Part shown: positions 19,400-33,400 of the stretch, piece after piece | Layout of the letters: each line of letters begins with the position of its first letter | Numbering within the stretch: the first letter of the stretch is position 1 | NCBI RefSeq assembly: GCF_902459465.1 | Contig: NC_047067.1 | Span: forward strand, 20,770,001 to 20,834,000 | From: Asterias rubens | Lineage: Eukaryota | Direction of reading: 5' to 3' | Length of the DNA stretch: 64,000 bases | Program-made: the position numbers and the translations under genes | Notes under the pieces: model-generated | The model's input: the letters and a program-made list of their open reading frames with translations, nothing else | What the model was told of the DNA's origin: nothing | The model's database searches: none

Positions 19400-22300
19400 A
19401 TGCCGCCCAAAAAAGCAGACAAGCCGAGTAAAAAGAATGTAGAGAAGAAGAAAGATAAACTAATAGAGGTGAGCTAACGTATAAACATAACATATTTGGT
19501 TGTTAAGAAAAATCTGTGTCAATTTTAGGTCATGAAATATGTTGTTCAAAATGTTTGTCATGTCATGTGTTTTGTCCTTTTCCAAGTTTCACCACACATT
19601 GTCATGTGTAGTAATAGTATTGTGTGTTGGTTATGGCATGGAGGTAGTTATGGTTATAATTATATAAAAAATTACAGCATAGAGAAAGGTTAGTGTGTGT
19701 GTCTGACACACAGGGGAGTAGGACTACCACCTAACTAAATATGGAACCAACATTACTAAATATGGAACCAACATTACTAAATATGGAACCAACATTACTA
19801 AAATACTAAATATGGAACCATGGAGGAATAAATTATTCCTCCATGATGGAACCAACATTAATAAATATGGAACCAACATTTTACTTATTTTTTGAAAGAA
19901 ATGTTGTATCCCACCTACACCTGAAAGGTTGTTTGAAAATAATTATTTTTATTTATTTTTATATGATTTTTTGATGTTGAATTGAATTGTGAAGAGTTTC
20001 AGTTTTATTTTTAAGACTGTTTAATTGTTATAACATTTGTTTGGACTGTAAAAGTAGGTTCTCCCTTCTTTTCTTGCTCTACAGTCCTTCCTGGACTCAA
20101 CAAGGCTTTTTGAAAATTTTGACATTATCTGGTTGGAGAATGCATTCATGCATTGCAGTGTTGGATTAGCCCCCATCATAGAGTGCCAATCGGGAAATAG
20201 ATACGATGGACTCCCTCCGCTTCTTTTTGGCCCTACGCCTGGACCCAAGTACCTTCAGAAGGGTGACATCATTTTTCAGTTAGAAACCCACTCTTTTATG
20301 ACAAGATGTTCCCCCCATTTGGTCATTGTCACTTATTTTTACCTCATTTGTGGAGGGCACACTAACTCATTACAATCACACTTGCTGTTCATTATCACTT
20401 GCGTTTTGTTGGTTTCCAGGATAAGACATTTGGACTAAAGAACAAAAAGGGAGCAAAGACACAAAACTACATCAAAACTGTCACAACACAAGTCAAGCAA
20501 GGCAACCAAAAGGCTAAGGTAAGTTACAATTCAGTTCTATTCTATATCAGGGTACATGCCATTTAAGAGTTTATCTCATTCCAATTAAAAATGACAATCT
20601 TACCTTCAATCTTTCTTTCTGATCAGAAGAAGAATCAGACAGTAAATAAGAAGAAGTGACAGGTCAAAGGTCACCTGATTTCTTTGTTTTCCTATTAAAG
20701 GTATTCCAGAAATCATATAGACTCTGGCAGTATCAATTCACTCCAGCCTGAAGTACCTGTTTTTACCCATCTCTAAACATTCTTAAAACTGTTATTTACG
20801 TGTTCTCATCTCTTAATAAGGTTTCTTACTCTAATTCTTATCTGTGTTCTTATTGTAGGCCAAGGATGAAGTTGATAAGAAGACCAAGAAGAAGCAAGAG
20901 CAAGATGAGTTGAATCTACTTTTTAAACCCGTTGCTATCCAGCAGAAGGTAGCTAAGGGTGAGTACAGCTCTAGTATTCCCTTTATCCATTCTAACACAC
21001 CCCTACTTGCTACCTTTAGTGACCACCTTCAAATTTGTTTGCCAATATCACCATATCACTGCAGACATTTGCCATTACAGGAAATACCAATAAAGAAAAG
21101 CTAATTTTGTGTCATTTATGAGCTTTTTCCTTGATCGCTGTGTGAACAATCCCTCAACATTAAGCCCTTAGCCTAGTGGGAACCCTCCCATACCCATTAC
21201 AATTCCTCAGCCTGTAGAGTTATTGCCCAAGTCAAAGGGGTGTCTGGTTGACCTTTGACACTGTGTTGTCAGTATGCATCTTTTATTTCCATGTAAAAAA
21301 AAATTTGATTGATAGTTTTTTCAAAATTCCGGCTAAATTTGTTAAACACTTTTTTTTTCACAGGTGTTGACCCTAAGACGGTGGTATGTGCTTTCTTCAA
21401 GCAGGGTACTTGCACCAAGGGGGACAAGTGTAAATTCTCTCATGATCTGGCTGTGGAAAGGAAAGCAGCCAAGAGGAATTTATATGAAGACTCCAGGGAA
21501 GATGAGCTTGCTAACGGTAAGTATGTGGCCTTCATTGCCCTTGTACCTGGTCGCACAGGACTACCTACAGCCAGTACAGCATCTGTAGCTTTTAATCTCA
21601 AAAACATCTTTAACCCTCATTGATATACATTCACTCCTGGGTGAAGAGAAGCAATTAATGTTTGTTGTTGACGCTTTATAATCAATTATTCTCTCATAGA
21701 CACGATGGATAATTGGGACGAAGAAAAACTTAAGGAGGTTGTTGAGAAGAAACACATGGAAGAGAACACAGGGAAACCTAAGACAGATAAGGTAAGAGGT
21801 GAAAGGTCAAGGGCCTGAAGAAAATTGTTATGAATACACTTGGCTTGGGTTCTTTAAACCTACTGCAGTAAATGATGTTTTGGGTACTACTTTTGACTTC
21901 AATTGATTTTAAAATGTGTGTTAGTGTATTATAAACTTTAAACCTGTTGTATATTGTTTTTGTGATTTTAAATGTGTAACCAGTAATGTGTATTCAGTAA
22001 TGCAAGTCTATTGATTTGGTTGCCAAGACAGTTGGCTACTGAAGGAATTGTATGGAAATAAGTAGACATATCATAGGGTTCAATAAAACAATTGTTAAAT
22101 TTTGTTTTGGGTCAATTTGTTCTGGCAAGGTTTGCAAGTTCTTCATCCAGGCCATTGAGGAGTGTAAGTATGGGTGGTTTTGGGTGTGTCCAAACGGTGG
22201 TGATAAGTGTATGTACCGCCACGCCCTGCCTGTCGGCTTTGTCTTGAAGAGCCAGAAGAAGAAACAAGATGAACAACAAGAAGAGCAGAAGATAACAATA

Positions 22301-24444
22301 GAGGAACTTATCGAACAAGAGGTATGAGATCTTAGAGTTGTTTCCATTGGGTGTCCTGTGTTCACATGCAATATCGCTCTGTTCGATATTGCATAGCTGA
22401 TATTCCTTCGGAAAAAGTACCAGACTATTTTTTGACTTCTTACCTCACTGTTGGTTTTTATTCGAATGTACAGAAGAAAATAAGGTAGCTTCATTTTTTT
22501 TTTTTTTTTTTTTTACTAATGTCTTATTTGTCATTCCACTGGAAATATTTCCATCTGAAGAAGAATTTTGGCAACCCTTCTTTTAAAAGGTGTCCTATCA
22601 AATTTATAATACAAAGTTACCATTTCCTTGTTCTTCAAAGCAACAAAACAAAGAATCTTTCACAAGTTGGTCAAGTACTCCAAGCTGCAGTCCTAAACAT
22701 GAGTAAGACCTGAAGACAAGGTTCTGAGCCGACCCTAGATTACAAGGGAGTCGGCAACAACACTAATTCTCTCCAATGTCTTACACTAACATCGTTTCTT
22801 TTCTTTCAAACAGCGGTCAAAGTTAGGAGCCCAACAAACTAAAATCACCCTGGAGACTTTTCTGGCTTGGAAACGGAAAAAGCTCTCTGAGAAGAAAGCC
22901 AAACTAGAAAGTCAGATGAACAGGAAGAAGAATGACTTCAAACAAGGGAAGAGCTTGGGGGTAAGTCACCACCAAAGTACACATTCGTCTATCTTAACCT
23001 TGTTAAAAAACTGTGTCTTTACTGAGATTTCGTGCTGTATGATTCACTTTTTGTACCATTATTATTCTCTACAATTTCATGTGTTGTTGTAGTGTTCTCT
23101 ATTTTGAGAAAGCCTCTGCTAGGGTCGAAACGTCAGGCCACTAACTATCTTGACTTTGTTCAAAACTGTATTTACTGTGATTTTCTTAGCAAATGTCTTG
23201 CTGTAGGACTCATATTAATCACTTTTTACCATTATTGTTACACTCATTGTCAAAATAACAAATATTTAGTAAACTTGTTTTATTTCAAAGTGTTCTCTAT
23301 TTTTTGTGACGGACGTTTGGTTGGTTGTATCATTTCAAGAATTTTGTTGTAATTGATAGCAATCAACTTGAATTGTCACAGAATGATTTGATCCTTAATT
23401 TGTTTGGAGGCCAAGCATAGAGTATAAATAATCTTTCATTCGTTTCATTTTTTTTGTTTTTCAGATAACAGGGCGTGAGTTGTTTGCCTTCAATCCAGAG
23501 ATGGCTGGTGATGATGATGATGAAGCTACAGATGATACGAGATACAGAAAAGACAGCGACAATGAAGAGGTCAAAGCAATAACAACCTCTTCTTATTAAC
23601 CCCAACAAAAATTACAATAACACTGATAAATAAATAAATTTATAAAATAAAAATTAATGAAGAAAAAAGTAAATAAGATAAAATAATATATGAAAATGAA
23701 AAGCAAATATTTAGATGTTCTAAATTATCTGTCCATTTTTTGTACAGGATGAAGTCAAAGTGAAAGACATCAGGCTGGAAAACTTCATGGCGGAGGAAGT
23801 TGATGGTTCAGGAACAATATCAACGGACAGTCAGAGGAAAGGAGAAACGAGTACAGTCAATGGAGCATCGTTACCTGGTGCTAGAGCTCAAGATGACAAA
23901 CAAGAAGGTAACACAGCGTTGTTTGTACCTCGTCCTATGAAATGCAACAAAATCCCTATTTATACGGTCACTTTAATTCATCTGCCAATTATTGTATGAA
24001 TACTTTGTATGTTCTATTGACTTCGATTTTATTGTGTAACTTTCTATAGTTACATGATGGATAACTTTGTATATTCTATTAACTCTATTATATTAGTAAA
24101 TCATGCTTGAAATACGCGGGGAAATTTTGTATCAATGCAAGGTACCATAATCATTAGTTCAGAATATGTTGTTATCCCTTTTCATAAACCAAGATAATTT
24201 TCTAAAATCTCTCTTATTTGTTGTTCATCTAGATGAAGAGAGTAAACTAGACCAGGCAGCAGCTCTACCTCCATCTGAAGACCTCTCTTCTCAAGGAGCT
24301 ACTGCTGATCCCACTTCTGCCACCGTCAATGGAATCCCAGTTGATGAGGATCTCTTTATGGAGGATGTAGAGGTGGATGAAGACCTCTTTGATCAGGACC
24401 TGGATCTGGAAGATGAATTAGACGACCTCGAACTGAATGGTTGA
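19400..24444 (+). CDS. ZC3H15: Zinc finger CCCH domain-containing protein 15 (DFRP1), 442-447 aa; join(19400-19468,20420-20518,[20627-20641],20859-20958,21364-21516,21700-21791,22130-22321,22814-22960,23465-23569,23748-23907,24233-24444)
   Basis: MPPKK...[119 protein letters not shown]; acidic tail. The donor at 23570 is weak (GTCAAA). Confidence 0.95.
19735..19880. repeat. 21-bp tandem repeat (~5 copies) with an inserted 27-bp palindrome, ZC3H15 intron 1
   Basis: AAATATGGAACCAACATTACT repeated; CATGGAGGAATAA-A-TTATTCCTCCATG at 19819-19845. Confidence 0.85.
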
Positions 24445-26027
24445 AGACGCTTGTGACACTCCAAGAATAATGCCTGCTCCTCAGAAGAAAATCAACAATC
24501 TTTTCAAAATGTCTATTCAATTTTTTTTCTTGTATGAAGTTTTGTTATTTATCAGAGCCCTAATGTTTATTCAGAACCTTACATCTAGCCTTTTTGAGGG
24601 GGATACACCTCAAATGAAAAGAACTGTAAAGACATTTATATTTCGGGTTAAGTTGAGGAATTTGGGTCACAATATTGAGCTGAGTTTAAGGACGTATTCT
24701 GAAAACAATTTCACAAAATTTAACTTTTCATCTAACGTTTTCTTTCTTACGGATTGGAGTGTCACAGCTGGAGCTTTCTATCTTACCATTTTCTTCCCTT
24801 GTGAATGACAGGGGAAAAGTTTGCAAGTTATTATAAAAGTTATTACAATAGACAATTATTTAGCATTGAAACCTAATGAATGTATTTAATGGATGCGATA
24901 ATCGAAAGAGTGACACAGATCAGGGTTCAAAGGTCAGAAAGTCATTCTTTAGACCACTGGGCTTGCAGCTTGGAACCTTTGCCAAACATATTTTTAAAAG
25001 AGTATCAAAAACTGTTTCTAAAACCTCTGTGTAACCCAGGGGTTACCAAGTTCAAATGCCATTATTTCAACTTCTAAAATTTGGACTCTTGTTTTTAGAC
25101 TTTTTTTGTCAGCATTGATTCTCACCCTTAAAAATCACAGGAGCTAGTTGGCACAGACGAGGGTACTTTTTGTTCCAGTTCTTATGTAACATTATTTAAA
25201 AATTAACTTTGCCTTATTTGAATTTTTCTTCCCCCCCCCCCCCCCACCCCAACCCTCACTTCCATATCAGTATGTTATTTGAAAGCTATGAGATTATGAC
25301 AGATAATATTCAAAATCATGTATTAAATGGGATATTTAAATCCTTGTAGTTTCCCATTTAACATGTACATACTTGACAAAAATAAATTTCAGTTCTATGA
25401 AGATGTGTACTGTATGTAGTCTTTATTGGTCAATGCTGCTGTAGACTTCTAACCAATAGTTTTTATTGCCATAAAATAAGCTATCACCGATTCACACTCT
25501 GGGTAGTGCCCCGTCTTAACTAGTACCAAGACGGCACTGATTTACCCTCTCTAGGTGGTGCCAGACTATCTTACAGCCACAATTATCACTTGTCGTAAAT
25601 GAAAGTCTAAACTCAATCTGCTGTTGTTAAAATATGAAAAATAATTTATTCCGTTGCTGTGTTGAAACTTATAATGCCAGAAACAATACCACTTACTCTT
25701 TTAATATCTCTTACATAAAGTCGTTGATATTTGTAAGATTTTAAGCTTTGTTTAAATTCGATGAAGGCAAGTCATCTATCTCTAATATGTATTGAAAAAA
25801 GGTAATACCTCGTTGACTTGGAAGCAAATTAAGTACACTATCAGTAAAAAGGTTGGCAAAAATTAAATGTGTTGCCTACATTAAGTAGTTTCATATCAAG
25901 AAAAACACATTGAGAGTTTAAGATTTATTTACAAGTTAAATGAGATAAGTTATAAATTATTTTCAGAAACCCACTACACCCATGTTGTGTAGATTCTATA
26001 CATACACTGTTGGTAGTAAACCAGCCG

Positions 26028-26193
26028 ACGATTTCACAAAACTCTTCCTAACTTGAGACTAATCTTAGGACTTAGGACGAGTCCCAACCCTGCACTGTAG
26101 CATGCAGACCTTAGATTAATCCTAAAGTTAGAACGAGTTACTCGTCCTAACTCGAGACCCCTGTCAACTTAAGTTGTGTTCAAGTTGACAGGG
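26028..26193. mobile_element. Truncated MITE-like element with internal CCTAA/TTAGG repeats, ending in a 35-bp hairpin
   Basis: GATTTCACAAAACTCTTCCTAACTTGAG...GTTACTCGTCCTAACTCGAGA, then CCCTGTCAACTT...AAGTTGACAGGG (26159-26193). Confidence 0.45.
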
Positions 26194-27048
26194 ATAACCG
26201 GTTACATAGAACATCTTAATGCATAATATTTACTTTGTTAATTCAATACTTCAGTTCGATGCTAGGATTTAAGGCAAGTCAACATAATCATCACTTGCCC
26301 ATAAATTCAAAATGCAACAGTGGTGATTCAAATGTTTCTGCCAAGTAAAAATAAGAAGGAAACCAGTCATGAATGGTACATAGTATTATTAGAAATTTAG
26401 CTGGTAACCTTATTAAGTTAAGTAAAATTGTGCAAAATTGAGGTTTAAGTAAGCATGCTTCAAATTCATAAATTGTCTCGTGATCAAAATTACAGCCAAT
26501 TCAAATGTTTACCCAAGAATAATTTGTGCTAAAAATGTCTTTATGTCTATACACAATTCATGTGTTCAATTCAGATAACACGTAACTAGTTTGTTATTAG
26601 CCATAACGCTTCAAACCCTCCGAAATCCTATTTACGTAATTGTCCGACTTTGATCTGATTCACAGTCATAAAATATTTGGTCGGACCTTTTTTAAAAGGA
26701 CAGTTAGTGCTACAAGGCAATTTATTAGTACTGGAAAAGAAATAATAAGGATCAGGGAGCCTGTTTATTCCTGTTACCATATACTCCAAATAGGAACATT
26801 AATTAAGTGTTAACAGCATGCTAATGATAATGGAAAAGTCTTTTTTAAAAAGGTACAAATACAAAACAAGATTGTTTGTTTCGCTAAGATACGAAATAAG
26901 TAGTTTCAGTGCAAATTCAAAGTAAAAAAGTATAAGAGACATGCGACATAAGGTGTTGATATTTAAAAAGGGTAAACAAAAATTCAAACATACAACTGGC
27001 AAACAAACCATTTCACATATTTGTTACGCGTTATTTTTGTAAGAAATT

Positions 27049-27211
27049 CAGAGGCTAATTTCATAGAGCTGGTTAGCAGAAAATCTTGCTAAGCGGAAAA
27101 TATGCAGGTAGATAGTTACAAAATGTATAAGTTACAAACAATTTGGGCTGCTATTATGTTGCTGTATACAATGTGTTTGTGCAGTTAGCACCTCTATGAA
27201 ACTAGGCTCTG
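27049..27211. mobile_element. MITE with ~20-bp imperfect TIRs
   Basis: CAGAGGCTAATTTCATAGAG ... CTCTATGAAACTAGGCTCTG (18/20 complementary). No clear TSD. Confidence 0.55.
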
Positions 27212-27468
27212 TCCAGAAAGACATTAAACTTGGGTTGCACATAATCTCTAAGATCTCTCATGTTTTCTCGAGTGAGATGGTTTTAGGGGATGTTATGAGT
27301 CGATACAACATGATAGTTCTTCAAACTAAAACCATACCTATAAATAAGATTAAAATGCTTAGGCGTTTGCACCAGTACCATAATAGTCTGGTTCTACAAT
27401 AAGTTGGATTCCCGTCTCCTACCCCAATGAAACTGGATTGTATACTCTATGTACAGATGATGGGGAGG

Positions 27469-30400
27469 TCAAAGTTCGTCCTTCGCTGCTTTTTTGCTCT
27501 GCTGTTGAAAAGAGAAGAAAATATTGAGTTTATATTTTTTGTTTGTATGTGACAAAACAATTAAAGTAATTGATAAAGGAATAAACTATCTAGCACACAA
27601 AAAAGACCAACAGCTTTCAGCTGCCTATTGCACTAAACAAAACGAAATTGATATGCCAAGAAGAAAGTTCAATTATATTAAGTATTCATTAACAACAAAA
27701 AGGAAAATTACTCAAAAGAGCTCACGCTACCTTCTACTTACATTGTTTAATTTTTGGCGAAATCTCTGTTTGAGATAAGGTATTAAAGTGCTAGGTGTTT
27801 TGTCAACTTGTTCTCCGAACCAATTCTGTGAAAATAACGAGAAAGAACAAAGTGAAATCAACTGTAAGAAAAGTAGAGTCCGAGTGAAAATGGTGCTTTT
27901 GCAGAAAACAATATATTTACATGTACTTTAGTCATTTTAATCTACATAATCCATAGTTCTTGTAATCTGAAGACAACATGAAATTCTTACACAACGTACT
28001 TCTTTTTTGTAACCAGAAGGCTACTTTGTTTTTTTCGTTTTTAATTCCGACTTGACGTGTAAAACTAAATAATATTCCACAGCGTACCCATGTAATTTAC
28101 CTGTGAAATTCCATCTTTGGTGGTTCCTTTGTATATCCGCACCGAAGGGAAGTAATTTATGCTCGCCTGTTGACATATATTTTGGTTTTGTGTGCAGTCC
28201 ACTTTCCCTACATGCACAAAGCTACTCACATCCTAAAAAGGAAAAACAAAGCAAAACAAAATTTTCACATTATATCTTGAAAACTGAAGCATAAACAAGC
28301 GTTTTTGCATGAAACAGTAATGTAAATCAAGTTGTCACTTATTTCCATTGCTTTTATGATCTTTTTTTTTACAAAGATGTCCTAGTGTTTGGAACAAGCA
28401 AACTGAAACATGTCCCCAACCCCATCCAGTATAAGCTTATGTACTTAAATAGACACTCACTAACCCTGAATTGGCCGCCGTGGTCAAGTGGTTAGACTGC
28501 AGGACTTGCAATCACAAGGTTGTTGGTTCGAATCCCATTAAGGAGCTCACCAATGATTTCACAACGAATAGAATAAGTATTGTCATTTAGTTTACTGAAC
28601 TACACCTTCTTAATTTGTGCAACTCTTAATCATAGGCGTAAAACCAATGTTTGTATGAGAGAGGTTAGCAGTTGCCAGCTTGGCGTTCATATCCCCTTGT
28701 GGGAGTTTTCCAAGTTCCCTTGACAGGAAGCTCATACAAACCTACCTTTGCAACCTGTTCATACTCAGGCATGTACTGCTGGCATGGCATACATTGAGGC
28801 ATGTAGAAATCAACAACCCATGGCTCCTTGCTCCGTAACACTTTCTCCCTGAAATTGCTCCTTGTAACAACCTCCACGGAGGAGGGCAAGAAGTTATAAG
28901 CCCAGTAGAAGATTGAAGATGCATCTCTCATCCAACCATTGTAATCACTAGCAGGAAAAACAGACAAGAAAAGATACAGGAAATATACAGGACAGGCTTG
29001 GATGGAATTAAGACTTAAGCAAATAATGATCGATTTTCAATAATAGACAAAGTGAACAAATCATTGACCAAAAAGTTTCAGTCAAACATACGATATACAA
29101 CAAACAGCTTCAATGACCAACACTTTTTTATTTGTTATTTTTCTACAGTACACAGTACACACACACCAAGGGTTATAAATCAATCATCCATAACATGTGG
29201 ACCCAAAGCAATTGTGATATGACACACATTTGTATGCATGTGTCGTACAAGTCTAGCCATAAGATATAATCCTCAAGGTTTTGTAAGTTAGAGGCACTTT
29301 GCTTTATGCCAGTCTGCAACTTAATATGCGATGAATACATTGCATAGTATCGGTACACAGTTCTGTACAAACAACCTGTGCAGTTGAACGATTTTAAATG
29401 GTCGTTCAACTCACTGGAAGGTAAAATATTGATCCTAGCAATTATACTCAATGTACAAACTTACGATCTGCCAGCGTTGCCAGTCCTGCCACCAGGGAAG
29501 GCTCTGATAGTTGGGTAGCTTCGGACTCCTTGCTGGGTACATAGACCCCCATGGGTAACGCAGTCAATGGTCCCAACATTAGCTGTGCCATTTAACTTCT
29601 GTAAATTTATCAAAAATCATGTATTACACAGGGGTTTCAAAAGAGTGGATTTCATTGATGAGCTGCAAAGAGCACTAAAGCTTTGTCAAGCAGCTGCAGG
29701 TTACCAACTACAGATTACCAGATGAAAAATCGACTGGTTTTCACAGTGATTGGTAGCAGTGCTGTGATTGAAAGAAAGGTTGTGAAACCACCGAACTCAA
29801 ACCAGCAGTACTGGAAAGACAGGCTGTGGTGGGATCGGTACCAATGATTCAAAAAGGGTATAACTTGAAGAGGAGACCACAAGCAAATGCCTTTGTCTAC
29901 TAGAGAGAGAAAGTTATAAGGATAGATATGAGGTATTGCTGACTCTACATATTGTAGAGTCTACTTCTTTATCTAGAAGACTTTCCTTAGAGGGTACTTT
30001 GACTGGTTAGCAGATGATCATCTTACAGAAGCAAATCAGAGAATGCAAACACAGACGAGTTTCCCAAACTTACCTTGGCTAGCTTTCTCCACTCAGGAAG
30101 CAACGCTTGACACGGACCGCACCACGGAGCATAGAAATCTACCAACCACATGTCCTCTTGTTTGCGGTTAATGACCCGATTTTGGAAGCTAGTGGGGTCA
30201 AGATCGACCACTGTTGGATGAAGCATGTCCTGAGAAAATATAAACAAGTATACATATTTAATATGTTTAGAGGTGTTTTTAAGATTTTTGATGAGGTTAC
30301 AACAGATTATATGAAAACAGCAACATTTTGAAGACTGACATGACAGAAGGATTTCCTATGAGGGCTGCTGTATCCAATAATTAGACGAACATAGTCTGGT

Positions 30401-33400
30401 GACAGTAATTGCCTACCTCTATGAAGTCTACAATCTCCTCTGCAGTCTTGTATCCCGTGTTCATATGCGGCTTACTGTCGTTGTACATGATGGTGGTTGG
30501 GTAGGACCTGACATTGTTTTGATTACACAGTGGGTTGTGAATGGTACAATCAACTGTGCCAAAGTTGACGTCTGGTAGCAGAGTGGCCGCTTTGCGTAAC
30601 TGAGGTAACATCTGACGGCATGGCGGGCAATGCTGTGTGAGAAGAACACAAAATGACTTCCCGATAAAATCATATCTTGCATGAACATACATTAACATTC
30701 CTCATCATGAATTAGTTGGTCATTCCAAATTAGTCGTAACAAAAGACTTACTGGTGAAAAGAAATCCACAAACCACAGCTTGCCACTGTTGATAACAGGG
30801 TTTGGGAAACTGTCCGGGCCAAGCATATGCAAACGAGAATCAATGCTCTGTCTGGCAAAGGCTGCAATGTCTTGGGCAAACAGACGGCCTGGAATAAAAC
30901 AAGTTGGATAACAAAAGTTAATGAAGACTGAATTTAAGACATATGCTCAAGCCACTGCTTAAGCCACTGAGGTCTAAGAAAAACCTATCATTTGCTGAGA
31001 GTTGTGTATGATTTGTATACATTTATACGTTTCCATTTTTTACCTCGACACTGGCACCCTATGCAATGGGTCTATACTGACGTTAAGTTAAAAGTAATCA
31101 CAAAGAGTTAAGACCAATTATAACGTACCATGGTGAAATTCATGAGCACCACCTTTCCTGAACAGTGCCACCTTTGGCAGTTCTGTACCAATGAATAACT
31201 CCCGACAAAGACTCTGATGCTCCGTGCAGTTAAATTTCCCCACCTACAATTGGGACAAAAACAACACAAAGTTAATATATTTCATAGTTAAGAATCGTCT
31301 TCCTAGAAGTTATTGTTGATTAAAGTGTTCTTTTCCTTTGTTTTACATAATTTCAACTTCGAGAACATAATACAATTTGAAGGTGGCATTCATCAACAAT
31401 TTACCACAATCTTTTTGCTGAAGGAATACTTATAGAATAGAAGGAATACAACTTGAATAGGAAAGGGGGCGGGGCCAGTTTACCGTCAAATGTTTGAGGA
31501 GGTAGGGCAGCTTGCGGAGTTCAATCACATGATCCTCTTTCCCACTCATGAAGTAGACTACCATCGCCTCATCGGTCTTACCATCCTTCAATGCATCACG
31601 GCCGCTCTGAAACCAAAACAGCAAATAACTCTCAAACAGAAATCAATAAACAACTATCAACAAATAGAGACGAAGAGTAAACAAGCTTGCACTGGGGAAA
31701 GAGCAATAGTTACATCTTTTTTTTTCAGTTTGTGATTAAACATTGTAGGTCATTTCATTATCCACTATGGGAATAATTAGGTGAGGTTTGCGGTAGTACC
31801 ACGTGTATTAATCTCTTTGGAGTAGTGTTAAATCTGAAAAGAACCAGTGGTTGACAAATCAACATTTTGATCAGTATGCTCCCATCATCTTCAGGAGATT
31901 GTGAATGGTTATTCACAGAATTAGTTCAAACAAGAACCTTGCACTGTACAACACTGTACCTAAAAAAACTAACCTGCAATTCTTCATCTGTGAGAGTTAA
32001 GATATCTGGAAGAAGTTTCAAGACTTCATCAGCAATTCTCTTTGGTTCATCCAACTCAAACTCCTAAAAACAGGAAGAAAAAAATACTTGTTTCTTCTAT
32101 TCTTTAAATCAGGGGGTGGGGTTTCACTGAATACAAAATATTTAAAGCCATCTCTTTTTATTTCCAGTACAGTATTTCTGTGTGAATATAAACACATGTT
32201 TTCAAGTCAGAAATTGACTAGGCTGGGAATGGAAATGCAATAGTTACAGGAAAGTTTGAGTAGAAGTATAAACGAAGCATTCATCAATATTACTCACTTT
32301 GCTTTTAGATGAAAAGGCTTTCTTTCCAGTTGGATAAAACCTTATGGTGCTCTCTTCAATGTTTAGTTTCTTGCAGAGTTTAGCTGAAGCAACGCAATCA
32401 ACTGCTCCTACATTTACCACTTTGTTCTGTAGAAAGACGGAAATCAAAAATTGTTATGATTGGTGAATGCCACTACCCAGGACTATGCTTCTAAGTTCTG
32501 CACTTGATAACTTTTTATAGTCAAGTTTGAAAATATTGCCGTTCTTATTTTAAAGAATAGCTCAAATTGCTATAAATTATAACATGATCCAGTTCCTAGA
32601 TTTTGTAAAAACACCAGTAAAGGGTAAATGCTTGTGTTTTTTTTCATAATGTATTTGAATTTTCATATCACTATCTGGTTGTATTCTGTTTACTGTCTTA
32701 CCAATATAGAGGCCAACTTAGTTTGGTCTTCTGTATCAAAGCATCCCGAGTGAGCAACTTCAGTTGATTCACCGTCATGACCTAATCAAGCCAAGAATTT
32801 GAACAATTCATTGAGTAATGAGCAGTATATACCAGTAAATTTAATAAAGTTGTACAATCTGAGATTTACAGGTAAATAAATTTCTTGCACTGTCACTTTA
32901 AACACTTATTAAGCAGAAAACAAGACTTATACATAAGAAATACACTACTTGTCACTCAAAATACACAATCAACCAATCCATTCAAACAGAAAAAATCCAC
33001 AAAACTTCACTGTTGCACAGCAGATAGTTACATTGCAAGCAACACATTTTATAACAAGATAAGACAGAGAGATTTAAGACCTACCATCTGGTGCTCCACA
33101 GTACGACACCACCCAAGGTTGGTCCTCATGCTCCTCAGCAAGCAGCACTTTCTTGAAATTACCTTCAGAAAATGACCCCGAAAGAAATAAAATTAACATT
33201 GTTTCATGAAACTTGTTGAAAAATAACATAAGAGAAAACACAAATTGATTATTGGATTTTCATGACAGAGTGGTTTAGTCTGGTTCCTTTCTGTGTAATA
33301 ACAATCATTACTATTGAGTGATATAGCACATAGGGAACCTGACAAACATGGTGGAAGTATGGTAACTGGTCTTCAGCTATGACTACAATTACTTTCTATT

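Noticed and set aside
28473-28550. Functional tRNA-Cys(GCA)
   Set aside because: A and B boxes are present but the acceptor and anticodon stems do not pair; best read as a SINE head or pseudogene.
32200-32290. Intronic C/D snoRNA (TGATGA...CTGA on the minus strand)
   Set aside because: The C box lies only ~13 nt from the donor, there is no terminal stem, and no recognisable guide.
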